From positions 1 to 56,596 of the IMG/VR virus record IMGVR_UViG_3300042292_000782: 56,596 nucleotides of DNA, one strand, 5' to 3'. How positions within the stretch are numbered: position 1 is the first letter of the stretch; each line of letters starts with the position of its first letter. Shown one piece after another: positions 16,864 to 27,114 of the stretch. Made by a program: the position numbers and the translations under genes. Source of the DNA: a virus. Lineage: Duplodnaviria; Caudoviricetes. The notes beneath the pieces were generated by a model. It did no database searches, was not told the DNA's origin, and saw only the letters and a list, made by a program, of their open reading frames with translations.

Positions 16864-17832
16864 ATGGAACAGTTAATTCGTAAATATGTAACGTTATCTG
16901 ATCATGCGAACAATAAAGGTTGGTTTACTACAAAATGCGAAGTATGTCATGATTATAAACTAAGAGGCGGCTTCTTATTATCTGATAATGAAGTCGCTTA
17001 CAATTGTTTTAATTGTGGTTGTAAATCAATATACTACAAAAATTCACATATATCAGATCAAATGATGTCTGTACTCCTTGCTTTTAGTATTCCAAAAGAA
17101 GAGATACAAAAAATCCAATTAGCTGCATTAGGTAAAACACCGACAAAGAAAACTGTTATTATACAAGATGATAACCCGGTAGTTGAAGTACCGATACCTA
17201 AATCATTCTATAAATTAATACCGGATGGTTCAGACAAATGGTCAAACGTTGCAATAGAATATCTTGATCAACGTGGTATAGTTAATGATTATAATTTCTT
17301 CTTATCCTCGGGTAAAACAACAGATTTTGAGAAGAAATGGCACGGTAGATTGATTATACCATTTTATAGAGATGGTAAAATAATTTTTTATCAAGGTAGA
17401 AGTTTTCTGAACAGTAAACAAAGATACGAAAATTCTATGGTATCTGGCAATAGTGTTATATTATATGGGTACGACCAACTTCATACTAATATAGAAGAGC
17501 CGTTGTTTATTACAGAAGGATTCTTTGATTGCTATTGCTTAAAAGGTATAGCTATCGTCGGTGGTGATTTAACATCAGCAAAGATCAAAGTAATCAATCA
17601 ATCAAGAAGACGTAAAATTTATATTCCAGATCGGTACGGTAAAGGTAAGCCTGCAGCCGTAAATGCAATAAAAGCTGGTTGGGAAGTTAGTATACCAGAT
17701 ACAGGTACATGTAAAGATATAAATGAATCAATTATGAGATTTGGTTATATGTTTGTATACCGGTCTTTATTACAGAATGCAAAGAAAGGTTTTGAAGCAA
17801 ACGTTGCTGTTAATTTATTATGTAGGGATTAA
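16864..17832 (+). CDS. DNA primase (T4 gp61-like)
   Basis: Zn ribbon CEVC...YNCFNC, RLIIPFY...YQGR, TOPRIM ITEGFFD, IPD, KDINE. Confidence 0.85.
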   Translation: MEQLIRKYVTLSDHANNKGWFTTKCEVCHDYKLRGGFLLSDNEVAYNCFNCGCKSIYYKNSHISDQMMSVLLAFSIPKEEIQKIQLAALGKTPTKKTVIIQDDNPVVEVPIPKSFYKLIPDGSDKWSNVAIEYLDQRGIVNDYNFFLSSGKTTDFEKKWHGRLIIPFYRDGKIIFYQGRSFLNSKQRYENSMVSGNSVILYGYDQLHTNIEEPLFITEGFFDCYCLKGIAIVGGDLTSAKIKVINQSRRRKIYIPDRYGKGKPAAVNAIKAGWEVSIPDTGTCKDINESIMRFGYMFVYRSLLQNAKKGFEANVAVNLLCRD

Positions 17833-17834
17833 AG

Positions 17835-18413
17835 ATGAAATATCTAATTATAAGTTGTGAAACAAGTGGGTTAAATCTTGGAGATTCTAGAAACCCTCAA
17901 CATGCAAGTGGTGACCTCAGTTACGCTATTCTTAGCGTAGGGTTAATTGTTGTAGATGAAGAGTTTAATAAGATTGATGAACTGTATGTTGAGATTGATT
18001 ATACAGATATACCAAACGTAGGTTGGGATAAAGGTGCGTTAGCTGTTAATGGTTTTACTCTTGAGTATTTGAAAGCTAATGGTATACCATTCTATGAAGC
18101 GATAGAAGATATGGGGTCTTTTATTCTAACACATTTTGACACGCGTGCTATTACAGTAATTGGGCACAATACAAGTTCATTTACATTACCATTCTTTGAA
18201 GCAATGTTTAAACGTGTGGATATTGATCTTAACTTCAGTTCACATGTATATGATTTAAGTACGTTGGGTTTTGCGTTGTTAGGTGTTAATAAAAAACGCG
18301 ATATATATGAAATGCTCGGTATCAAACAAGGTACACGTAACGCTTTGATTGATGCTAGAAATATATTAAAATCATTCTCGCAAATTAACAAAATGTGGAC
18401 ATCTTTACTATGA
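17835..18413 (+). CDS. DEDDh (DnaQ-like) exonuclease fold with degenerate catalytic residues
   Basis: ISCETSGL, GHN...FT, RNALID in ExoI/II/III positions. Confidence 0.7.
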   Translation: MKYLIISCETSGLNLGDSRNPQHASGDLSYAILSVGLIVVDEEFNKIDELYVEIDYTDIPNVGWDKGALAVNGFTLEYLKANGIPFYEAIEDMGSFILTHFDTRAITVIGHNTSSFTLPFFEAMFKRVDIDLNFSSHVYDLSTLGFALLGVNKKRDIYEMLGIKQGTRNALIDARNILKSFSQINKMWTSLL

Positions 18414-18862
18414 GCGTAATTGACGATAAAAGATTTAACCAAATGATGGATACTTTATATTTGCGGTTAGAACCCAAGTATGATTGTGTTATTGGACTTA
18501 AAAGAGGTGGTTTAATACCTGCTGTGTATTTGTCACATAAGTTGAATATTCCAATGCATGTAGCAGATATTTCACATGAGCTATCTAAAGGTGATAATTT
18601 AGATTGGCATGATGATTCATTACCAACCGTATTACCCGGTAGTAGGGTTCTTATCGTTGATGATATTATTGATAGTGGGTATACAGTGTTATCTTGTGCA
18701 GATCATTACAAATTAACATGTTATGTAGATATAGCTGTATTAGTAGCTAAAACATCTGCTTTGTTAATGTGTCAAGAATCAACAAAGGTAATTTATGCGA
18801 CGGAGGTACCTGATGATGCTCCGTTTATATATTACCCATGGGAAACAAAACCAGAGGTCTAA
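18410..18862 (+). CDS. Type I phosphoribosyltransferase (Gpt-like)
   Basis: GLKRGGLIPA, VLIVDDIIDSGYT PRPP loop, YYPWE; ATGA overlap with the previous gene. Confidence 0.88.
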   Translation: MSVIDDKRFNQMMDTLYLRLEPKYDCVIGLKRGGLIPAVYLSHKLNIPMHVADISHELSKGDNLDWHDDSLPTVLPGSRVLIVDDIIDSGYTVLSCADHYKLTCYVDIAVLVAKTSALLMCQESTKVIYATEVPDDAPFIYYPWETKPEV

Positions 18863-18865
18863 ATT

Positions 18866-19384
18866 ATGTACGTAACGCAAAATAATGGAGACATCATTTA
18901 TATGACTTCAACATTAAAACCTGAAGATATTGTAATACCTACAGTCGCTAAACCTGTGTTTCCTCACCTATGTCTATTAAAACAATGGGTATATGATTGT
19001 GAAGAAACTCACGAACCTCATAGACGTTGGGAATTTAGATTTAACTCAGGTACGGAGTGGTTGCAGTGCACTGATACAACAGCAATGTTCATTAAAGGAT
19101 GGAGCTATCGTAAAAAAGTACCTAAAGTTTATATTAATGGTGCAGATGTTTTGTTGGGTGTTGCTACTATTGCAGAAATTCGCGCAGAACTTAAAGTTAA
19201 TACCACATTGCGTTTGTATATAGTAGATACTAACCGCAATGAGTTATATGTCGAGTTTACACCATACGATTTGTTTAATTTTAGTCGGCATGAACATCTA
19301 CTGGAATATAGATTAGTGTATTTTAATAAAGAAGATGCTATTAATCGTGCAAAAGCTATGCTTAGTTGGACAAATAACAAATGA
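18866..19384 (+). CDS. Hypothetical protein
   Basis: 172 aa ORF within the operon. Confidence 0.6.
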   Translation: MYVTQNNGDIIYMTSTLKPEDIVIPTVAKPVFPHLCLLKQWVYDCEETHEPHRRWEFRFNSGTEWLQCTDTTAMFIKGWSYRKKVPKVYINGADVLLGVATIAEIRAELKVNTTLRLYIVDTNRNELYVEFTPYDLFNFSRHEHLLEYRLVYFNKEDAINRAKAMLSWTNNK

Positions 19385-20280
19385 AAGAATATCTAAGAAT
19401 ACTACGTGATGTTTTAAGTTCGGGTGATTTACGGTCAAATAGAACTGGCACCGATACATATTCAAAATTTAACGTGAATGCTGAATATGATATTAGCGAT
19501 TATAAGTTACCGCTATTAACAACTAAAAAAATTCATTACCCTGCAATTATTCATGAGTTGATTTGGATGCTATCAGGTAGCGATAACATCAAATACCTAC
19601 AAGATAATAATGTTCGTATTTGGAATGAATGGGCTGATGAAAACGGCGATTTGAATAAAGTCTATGGAAAACAATGGCGCCATTGGGAAGATACTAGAAT
19701 TGTTGTTAATAATACAAAAGAATATGATTATTGTCAACAACATATGCGACGTCACAACAGTAACACCGAATACACTGTGTTTTATCGAGAAATTGATCAA
19801 ATTAAACAATTAGAATCAATGCTAATAAACGACCCTAATAGTCGTCGGTTAATAGTAACAGCTTGGAATGTTGCTAATATTGAAGAGATGGCGTTACCAC
19901 CTTGTCACACATTATCACAATTTTACGTTAGAACCGATAGTGAAGGTAAAAGGTATCTTGATTGTACACTATATCAAAGATCAGGTGATATATTTTTAGG
20001 TGTACCTTTCAATATAGTGTTTTATTCATTATTTGTACATATGCTATGCCATGTACATGGGTTTAACCCAGGTAAATTATACCATACAATAGGTGATGCT
20101 CATATTTACGTGAATCATATTGATCAGGTTAAAGAACAACTATCACGTGAAATTATTGAATGTGTTCCAAAAGTTGAGTTCAATAATGAGCGTGAATCGA
20201 TATTAGATATTAACTATAATGATATGAAAATCGTAGGATATGAAAGCCACCCCACGATTAAAGGTACTGTTGCAGTTTAG
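19381..20280 (+). CDS. thyA: Thymidylate synthase
   Basis: NRTGT, PLLTTKK, IWNEW, YGKQWR, MALPPCH, YQRSGD.FLGVPFN, GDAHIY. Confidence 0.97.
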   Translation: MKEYLRILRDVLSSGDLRSNRTGTDTYSKFNVNAEYDISDYKLPLLTTKKIHYPAIIHELIWMLSGSDNIKYLQDNNVRIWNEWADENGDLNKVYGKQWRHWEDTRIVVNNTKEYDYCQQHMRRHNSNTEYTVFYREIDQIKQLESMLINDPNSRRLIVTAWNVANIEEMALPPCHTLSQFYVRTDSEGKRYLDCTLYQRSGDIFLGVPFNIVFYSLFVHMLCHVHGFNPGKLYHTIGDAHIYVNHIDQVKEQLSREIIECVPKVEFNNERESILDINYNDMKIVGYESHPTIKGTVAV

Positions 20281-20301
20281 ATACCAGTAATAACATTAAA
20301 A

Positions 20302-20820
20302 TTATGTTACTATTCCAATACGTTTTAATTGCTGTTCTAACGCTAAAATATGTTTACATGCACCTAATACATTACTTGGGTTGACAGGAGGTCTTGTCGA
20401 TCCAGGTACTTTAATGTACTGCTCAGGTGGTTCACCAACTAATGATTTGTTTTGATAATGCTGATGAGCAAACCTATACTTAAAATCAGAACAAGTACAG
20501 TTGATATTAACATCTACTGCATTCATTGTTAACCGGTCAATAGTATGTTCTTCACCGTCTGTACCTTTAAATTTAGCTAAACCAGCTTCTTGGTAATTTA
20601 CATCATTAAATTCGATTGCTGTTTGATATTGGTTGTTATTTGATACAGTATCAGCAATAACAATCAATTTTTCTGACGGTACGTATGGTTCAAATTTCAT
20701 ACGTAAAATATTTACTAAATGGGATACATTTTGACGTTTTTTTGTACCTGGGAACCCACTTACGTTGTTTTGTTTGATAACAGGCATTGTGATTTCTGTT
20801 AAAAATTTAAACTCTTTCAT
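20302..20820 (-). CDS. SWIM-type Zn-finger protein
   Basis: CTCSDF...GACKH. Confidence 0.65.
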   Translation of the reverse strand: MKEFKFLTEITMPVIKQNNVSGFPGTKKRQNVSHLVNILRMKFEPYVPSEKLIVIADTVSNNNQYQTAIEFNDVNYQEAGLAKFKGTDGEEHTIDRLTMNAVDVNINCTCSDFKYRFAHQHYQNKSLVGEPPEQYIKVPGSTRPPVNPSNVLGACKHILALEQQLKRIGIVT

Positions 20821-21497
20821 TATTCTGTAAACCCCATAATAACTATTGACATAGGTGACATACTACCGTATACATCTAATGTAAACTCTGTTGTTGTTTT
20901 CTCGTATGTGGTGTAATGCATCGCATTATACACACCTCTTGTTGTTTCGTTAGGCGTCGCTAATATTGAATAATTTGTATCAGCCATAGTAAATGGTAAA
21001 ACAAATATTTGTTTATTTTGTGTTGCGTACGTGTTCATTACAGTGTACTTATTAGCGAGTTTAATCCAATTAATATTATTTACTGTACCGTGCGTATAAT
21101 CTAATACTTTACTCTCTAAATATGCTCGCGATGCAATCGATGTAGCAGTAGTTGGTAAATTTGATAGTTGTAAATTGCCAGATAGTGTATCACTTTGAGA
21201 GGTAACGCATTGCGATAAATCAACAACAGGTGGTATTAACCTATACCAACCGTTATCGTAATATTTTAACTCACCAACACTATTGTCAAACCATGTTTGT
21301 CCTGTAACTGGTGTAAGGGGTGGTTCTTTATTAGAGAAATTTGTTAATAGTAATAACATATTTTTATTGAGATCAGGCCAATAATTTAATGTATTTTTAC
21401 CGTAAAGTGCTAATGAGGTACTCACATCAACATCAAAAGGTTCAATTACTATACTATCAGATTTGTTAGTAAATGGTATATTATATGTATCACTCAT
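20820..21497 (-). CDS. Short tail-fibre/baseplate-type structural protein
   Basis: N-terminal domain TSLALYGK...NFS...P.TGQTWFD shared with the fibre genes; C-terminal LPF...Y.I..T beta domain. Confidence 0.65.
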   Translation of the reverse strand: MSDTYNIPFTNKSDSIVIEPFDVDVSTSLALYGKNTLNYWPDLNKNMLLLLTNFSNKEPPLTPVTGQTWFDNSVGELKYYDNGWYRLIPPVVDLSQCVTSQSDTLSGNLQLSNLPTTATSIASRAYLESKVLDYTHGTVNNINWIKLANKYTVMNTYATQNKQIFVLPFTMADTNYSILATPNETTRGVYNAMHYTTYEKTTTEFTLDVYGSMSPMSIVIMGFTE

Positions 21498-21593
21498 TGT
21501 TAATTCTATTAAAAATGTTACAACAATGTATTTATTGATATTAAAACAGTAAGAATCCTTCCAATATCAACGTACCGGAAGGATTTTAATAGT

Positions 21594-23291
21594 TTAAACT
21601 TTTGCTGGCGCTGCCCCAGGAGCTGGCGGTTGAACCGGAGATGTAGGAGATGTTACTGCTGGTGTAGGAGATTCACCTGGGTTTTCAAGCTCTCCAAAAT
21701 CTTCTTCACCGCCCAAACCACCCCCCATGTCACCCAAACCACCACCTCCAAACCCACCTAAACCACCACCTAGTCCACCCATACCACCTTCTTCGGTTGG
21801 TGCACCGTAGATTGCCTGAAGAGTTTTATCTTTGTTATCAATACCTTTTTCTTGTTTTAATAAGTTTTCATTATCGATAAGCTGTTCTTCACTCATTTGT
21901 AGGAAGTTTCTAGCTATCCAGCGTTTGGATAACCATGAAACACCATCTGCAGTACCAATTGTAGATAATAACGCACTATCTAAATCAGCTTGTTTGTATT
22001 TTTCGTAGTTGGATGGTTTTGGTAGTGTTATCTCAAATATTGTATTATCAATTTGAATGTTGCTAGCAAATAAGAATAGTTTAAATTCACGATCTAATAC
22101 TCCTGAAACGTATACCTGCAACCGTTCTACAAATTTAGCAAATTGCTGCTCTTCAATATAAGCTGCGCCTAATTTACCGTCGTTGAATACAGCACCTGAA
22201 TCTTCTCTATGTCTACCCATCCATCCTTTCGGTATACGTAAACCACATAATACTTTATCACTGAAGTAATCCAGATCGGAATTTTCTCCCAACTGCTGAC
22301 CTCCCTGTAATACTTCAACCTTTGATCCAACTCCATCAGATCTTTGTGCGAGAAATATGTCCTCTAACATTGACTGAGGATTGTAAATAGAATCAACAGA
22401 ATTTTGACCATTCATATTATTAGAAGGTATTTTTTTCTGTCTAATCTCATTTTTAATTGTTTCTAAGTACGTTTTTACACGATGAGGGGGCATTTTACCA
22501 ACATCAATATAAAATACTCTACGCTCTGGTGCACGTTGTATACGGTAAATAATAATAGCGTCTTCTAATAGTTCTTTTTGTTTATGTGTTTTATAAACAG
22601 TACGCAAAACAGATTCACCGAAAGGTGCAGCATCTGACATATCATCATTTACAGAAAAAACAACCATATCGTCGACAGATACATTTTCGTAATACCCGGT
22701 ATCTGATACCGATCTAAACATATTCCCACCGCTACCGCTACTGTGCGCCTCTTTAGTACCAGATCGAACACGATACCCTAACACATTTGTAACATCTCTC
22801 GAATCAACAATAGCTCCAACGACCGACCCAGCAGGGATCCATTCCCATTTTTTATAGTTAGATGATTTTCTAAAAAAGCAATCACCGTATTTTACCATAT
22901 TACGTGATAGTTTAAACAACCGATTAGCATCAAATCCATGGATTTTACACCAATGGTGACATGCTGTACGTAAAGTCAATACAATTGTATCTTCTGTATT
23001 AGCGTGTTTTTCATCTAATATTTTTAATTCAATTGGTAAACTTGTTTTTGTATTTCTACCTGTCATTTCTTCAGCGATAATATCTAATGCTCGTGATACT
23101 TCAACGTCATTATCCATTATATCGTATTCATTGTATCTTGTTAATCGGGTACCACTACCTTGAATTAATTTTTGATACCATGTATAGTTACTGGTAGCTG
23201 CATATCCAGTATCCATTATTTGATTGTCTTGTACAACCGAGGTCGGTGTGGACGGTGAGACAATCTGGAAAAAATCCGTCATCTTACCCAT
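21594..23291 (-). CDS. Portal protein (T4 gp20-like)
   Basis: LLEDAIIIYRIQRAPERRVFYIDVGKMP, MLEDIFLAQR, LQGGQQLG. Confidence 0.95.
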   Translation of the reverse strand: MGKMTDFFQIVSPSTPTSVVQDNQIMDTGYAATSNYTWYQKLIQGSGTRLTRYNEYDIMDNDVEVSRALDIIAEEMTGRNTKTSLPIELKILDEKHANTEDTIVLTLRTACHHWCKIHGFDANRLFKLSRNMVKYGDCFFRKSSNYKKWEWIPAGSVVGAIVDSRDVTNVLGYRVRSGTKEAHSSGSGGNMFRSVSDTGYYENVSVDDMVVFSVNDDMSDAAPFGESVLRTVYKTHKQKELLEDAIIIYRIQRAPERRVFYIDVGKMPPHRVKTYLETIKNEIRQKKIPSNNMNGQNSVDSIYNPQSMLEDIFLAQRSDGVGSKVEVLQGGQQLGENSDLDYFSDKVLCGLRIPKGWMGRHREDSGAVFNDGKLGAAYIEEQQFAKFVERLQVYVSGVLDREFKLFLFASNIQIDNTIFEITLPKPSNYEKYKQADLDSALLSTIGTADGVSWLSKRWIARNFLQMSEEQLIDNENLLKQEKGIDNKDKTLQAIYGAPTEEGGMGGLGGGLGGFGGGGLGDMGGGLGGEEDFGELENPGESPTPAVTSPTSPVQPPAPGAAPAKV

Positions 23292-23331
23292 AATTAACAC
23301 CTATATGTTTGTTTTGTAACATTATTGATAC

Positions 23332-23571
23332 CTAATAAATTGCATACATTGGTTTCTTAAGCTCGTGTTCTAAACGATCGTTAATAAATTCTTTTATTGC
23401 AGTACGTTCTGGAACCGATAAATGAAGCATATCATTATATTGTATGCTCCCTCGCATATAATACGTCAACTCTACCACTTCTTCTATTAATCTACTAGAT
23501 TCTTTTGCTATTTGGTTTAGATGTTGAGATATGCGTTGCTTGTTGTTATATCTTAAAAGTCCAAAAAAAAA
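23332..23571 (-). CDS. gp51-like segment, probably reached by -1 frameshift from the upstream gene
   Basis: Open -1 frame FFGLLRYNNKQRI...YYMRGSIQYNDMLHLSVPERTAIKEFI...AIY* starting at a T9 run. Confidence 0.6.
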   Translation of the reverse strand, partial: FFFGLLRYNNKQRISQHLNQIAKESSRLIEEVVELTYYMRGSIQYNDMLHLSVPERTAIKEFINDRLEHELKKPMYAIY

Positions 23572-24335
23572 GTTAGCGGATTGATGGGAACATCAATCGT
23601 AATATCAGATCCACAGTCTTCACACTTGATTGTATATGAGTTTTCTGATCCCCATTGTGTATGCAATGACGATTTATCAGTAATCATAGAATACCAGCTT
23701 GAAGGTATTGTACGCAACCACTCTAAGATATGTTCTTTTTCAGTTACACCGTCAACAGATTTAATTAAGTGTGATGTAGAATCTAATAATTTATTTTGCA
23801 TCTCTAATTGCGATAAAGTATCATGGTCTCTTGCATCGGACATGATAGTTAAAATATCTTTATATTTCAATGGTTGCAATTGAACATGTTGACCGTTTGG
23901 TAAACTTGTTGAATACTCTTCATCGATTAAACTAGAATCAAGATATTTTGTTGCATTAATCAGATTAGCTAATATGATGTTGTATTTGTGTGTTTTAGCT
24001 TCTTCACAATCATGTTTATAATTAATAGTCATTGACGATCCATACGTTACTTTACGTAGAACCATGAATAACATATCAACGTCTTTACCCAATAATTCAT
24101 CAGGTTTTAAAATCTGAGGTATACATCTAGCGAAAACGTTTGATACTGATCGACCGTTAATGATCTCGCCTACATTTCTCATGCATATTTCGTCGTATGC
24201 ACTCATCGGGTATACAGAGATCTCTGCGTTAATAACAGTTGGGTCTAATACACCTTCCTCATAAAACCCACCACCTGAAGGTAGTCTAACAATTTCACCG
24301 GGTATTTTTAAATTTTCTGTTAATGGATTGGTCAT
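23553..24335 (-). CDS. Baseplate hub/tail assembly chaperone (T4 gp26-like)
   Basis: VRLPSGGGFY, VYPMSAYDE, D..LF..LR..TYG, C-terminal CxxC...PINPLTFF. Confidence 0.78.
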   Translation of the reverse strand: MTNPLTENLKIPGEIVRLPSGGGFYEEGVLDPTVINAEISVYPMSAYDEICMRNVGEIINGRSVSNVFARCIPQILKPDELLGKDVDMLFMVLRKVTYGSSMTINYKHDCEEAKTHKYNIILANLINATKYLDSSLIDEEYSTSLPNGQHVQLQPLKYKDILTIMSDARDHDTLSQLEMQNKLLDSTSHLIKSVDGVTEKEHILEWLRTIPSSWYSMITDKSSLHTQWGSENSYTIKCEDCGSDITIDVPINPLTFFLDF

Positions 24336-24520
24336 TTTTTTTGTATGGCTATAGCTGTAAAATTACTATTTATTTACTATCCTTTTAAACAATATGTTTT
24401 TGCGTATAAGATAATAAGTTTGATAAATCTAACAATAGAATAATATAATACCAAAGTGATGTCAAGATTTATAACTCATGTTTGTACATATTAAATACTT
24501 ATTTTGATCTATAGGATTTA

Positions 24521-24727
24521 ATGATGCAGGGATACACACAAACGATTGATAATCTTGTTTATTATGCGATTAACACTTTACGTAGTCAAAACGATGAACA
24601 TTGGCAGTTATTAGATGATATTGTGTGTGAATGCGCTGTTACTTATAATGTACCTCTAGAAGATGTTTATGACGACTATAAGATCAAATTACGAAAACAA
24701 CTATTAACACTAATATATGATGTATAA
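24521..24727 (+). CDS. Hypothetical protein
   Basis: 68 aa ORF with AGGA RBS, downstream of TTGATA..TATAAT (24420-24449). Confidence 0.6.
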   Translation: MMQGYTQTIDNLVYYAINTLRSQNDEHWQLLDDIVCECAVTYNVPLEDVYDDYKIKLRKQLLTLIYDV

Positions 24728-25409
24728 ACCGTCCAATGCACAAGACCTACTTACTGATGCTGTAAAGTTATTAGTTTTTCTAAAACAACAAAATATAAAA
24801 GTAAAAGATGGGCTTGAAGTTGTAGAATTAATAGATACATTATTGTCCTACTACCCCGATCTAGATATTCATTCAGCAATCGTTGGCGAAAACTTTAAAG
24901 ATTTTATTCAATACATTTACAAATCGTTTTCAACGGACGAATTCAACGAATCAAAATTAGTATTACCTTACTTAAGACATAATATTAGACACGGGGTGTA
25001 CGCATCGTTGATGGGGATGATGGGTGAATTTATCTCGTTAAAAGTAGTACGAGATAATTTTGAAAGTGGTATGATACTTCAAGATAAGAGTAGTCAACGT
25101 ACTGGTAAAGATATTTGGTACAAACAATCACCTACAATGAGTTTTACAGCTGATATTAAAATATCTAACACAGATTGGACTAATGGTAGATGTGTTGTTG
25201 CTCATAAAGACTGGTTCTGTGAGATTAAAAATTCAACCAGATTTCATTTAGTTGATATTGGTAATAGTACCCATATAATAACGAGTAGGTCTATATTAGA
25301 GCTGGAGTATGATAACGCTCGAAAAGAACCGATACTTATTTCTAATCTTAAAAAGCGTAAACCCTTTTTAGAGCATGACATCCAATACATAACGCAATCG
25401 TTCTTATAG
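24717..25409 (+). CDS. Hypothetical protein, possible PD-(D/E)xK nuclease
   Basis: G..GE, GKDIW, TADIK pattern. Confidence 0.4.
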   Translation: MMYKPSNAQDLLTDAVKLLVFLKQQNIKVKDGLEVVELIDTLLSYYPDLDIHSAIVGENFKDFIQYIYKSFSTDEFNESKLVLPYLRHNIRHGVYASLMGMMGEFISLKVVRDNFESGMILQDKSSQRTGKDIWYKQSPTMSFTADIKISNTDWTNGRCVVAHKDWFCEIKNSTRFHLVDIGNSTHIITSRSILELEYDNARKEPILISNLKKRKPFLEHDIQYITQSFL

Positions 25410-25417
25410 GATTTATA

Positions 25418-25876
25418 ATGAAAAAGATAGTAGCTGCAAGCTTAATGCTATTTTCTGTAAATGCATTTAGCGTGCCAAATATTTTTACACCTGGTGCCAT
25501 CAACCCTGATGTAACTCAAGATAATATCAAAACTACAATTTGTGTTGTTGGGTGGACTAACACTGTTAGACCACCAACTTCATATACAAATAGATTGAAA
25601 ACAAAACAGTTGGCACAATATGGGTATAGTGATAAAAAATTAGCTGATTATGAAGAAGATCATTTAATTCCTCTGAGTAGCGGGGGACACCCATCTAATG
25701 AACAAAATCTATGGCCACAACCATATCGCAGTGGTTTGATTACAGCATATAATAAAGATACATTAGAAAGAAAAATACATAAAGATATATGTAGTGGTAA
25801 GATTTCTCTAAAAGATGCTCAAAGTATTTTTATGGGTGATTGGGTTGGCTATTATTTAAAAAATATTAAAAAATAA
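25418..25876 (+). CDS. HNH-like nuclease with an N-terminal signal peptide
   Basis: MKKIVAASLMLFSVNAFS; YEEDHLIPLSSGG...NLWPQP...KD.LE. Confidence 0.7.
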   Translation: MKKIVAASLMLFSVNAFSVPNIFTPGAINPDVTQDNIKTTICVVGWTNTVRPPTSYTNRLKTKQLAQYGYSDKKLADYEEDHLIPLSSGGHPSNEQNLWPQPYRSGLITAYNKDTLERKIHKDICSGKISLKDAQSIFMGDWVGYYLKNIKK

Positions 25877-25885
25877 GGGTATTAT

Positions 25886-26563
25886 ATGAGCAACAACGTA
25901 TCAAAGTTACAATTAATTAAAACCATGTTTACAATGCAAGATGATTTTAATAAACAAGTTCATCCGCAATGGAAAGAACAAAATTTTGCATGGCATGAAG
26001 CTATCTTAGTCGAAAGTGCTGAATTACTTGACCATCTTGGATATAAATGGTGGAAATATCAAGAACCAAATGTCGATCAAGTTATTATGGAAATGGTAGA
26101 TATTTGGCATTTTGCAATGAGTTTTATTATCAGTCAATCACCCAATGTTGTCGATTTTGAAGATCTAATTGATGTAATTGATGGTGTAGAAGAGAATTAC
26201 AAGGTTTTAGATGCTGCTGAAATACGTAGTGATATTTGTGAAATCGTAAACAATATTACATTTGAAGATCCGTATGAACAGTATTTTTGTGTTGAATCGT
26301 TTTTTGCGATTTGGTACGGGTTAGGTAAAAATTTTAACGATCTATATAAAATGTATATTGGTAAAAATGCATTGAATATCTTCCGTCAAAATAACGGCTA
26401 TAAAGATGGTTCGTATGTTAAGATCTGGAATGGTAGAGAAGATAATGTGTTTTTAACTGATTATCTTGAACGCGCTGATATTAATGAACAATTAATGTTA
26501 AACGTATTAGAACATTTGCAAGATCTATATATTCACCGCGATGAACTCTTTATTCCAAATTAA
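25886..26563 (+). CDS. dut: Dimeric (all-alpha) dUTPase
   Basis: Q..FN, E.AELLD...KWWK, EMVDIWHF, YIGKNALN.FRQNNGYKDG.Y.K.W.GREDN. Confidence 0.9.
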   Translation: MSNNVSKLQLIKTMFTMQDDFNKQVHPQWKEQNFAWHEAILVESAELLDHLGYKWWKYQEPNVDQVIMEMVDIWHFAMSFIISQSPNVVDFEDLIDVIDGVEENYKVLDAAEIRSDICEIVNNITFEDPYEQYFCVESFFAIWYGLGKNFNDLYKMYIGKNALNIFRQNNGYKDGSYVKIWNGREDNVFLTDYLERADINEQLMLNVLEHLQDLYIHRDELFIPN

Positions 26564-26870
26564 TATAATCAGATAAGTTGTTAATTTCTGATTGTGATGC
26601 ATCACTCTTCAATCGGTTTGCACGAAAACTGATAACTTTAATGTTATCAATAGTGTAACCGATTGAAGAATCAACTCTATCTATTGAATAGCTATTATCT
26701 TGTGGTCCACCTCTATTAAATTTGAGAGGTATACCAAGTACAGGACAAGAAATGGGGAACGATAGATCGTACAAATCTACTAAACTTAATGTAAATTCAA
26801 TATTGCGTTTTGCTGCAGAATTTTTTATTCTGTTATATAACGTTTTAATTTCAGGGTCGCGTTTAACCAA
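26550..26870 (-). CDS. HNH-type endonuclease-like protein
   Basis: CPVLG, SIDRVDSSIGYTIDN...ISFRANRLK. Confidence 0.75.
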   Translation of the reverse strand: MVKRDPEIKTLYNRIKNSAAKRNIEFTLSLVDLYDLSFPISCPVLGIPLKFNRGGPQDNSYSIDRVDSSIGYTIDNIKVISFRANRLKSDASQSEINNLSDYINLE

Positions 26871-27114
26871 GCAGTAATTCTCTATTATCGTCAGACGTAA
26901 CGACTACTACAGTAGCGCTTTCGTAAAGATCAGGGTAACTTTGTCTTAATGTAGATAGCTGATAATTAGCTTCTTCAGGTGATGTAAATTTTTGTTGTAT
27001 GGAACCGTTAACTTTAATTCCGTATTGTTGATTTATTTGTAAGTTCACAGATAAAACCTCATGATGATTGATAATAAATATATAGTCTGCAAAAATCTTA
27101 GTTTGAGGGTACAA
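26863..27114 (-). CDS. Hypothetical protein
   Basis: 83 aa ORF; start uncertain. Confidence 0.4.
   Translation of the reverse strand: MYPQTKIFADYIFIINHHEVLSVNLQINQQYGIKVNGSIQQKFTSPEEANYQLSTLRQSYPDLYESATVVVVTSDDNRELLLG

Noticed and set aside
21700-21790. Gly-rich repeat at the portal C-terminus
   Set aside because: A low-complexity tail, common in portals of large T4-like phages.
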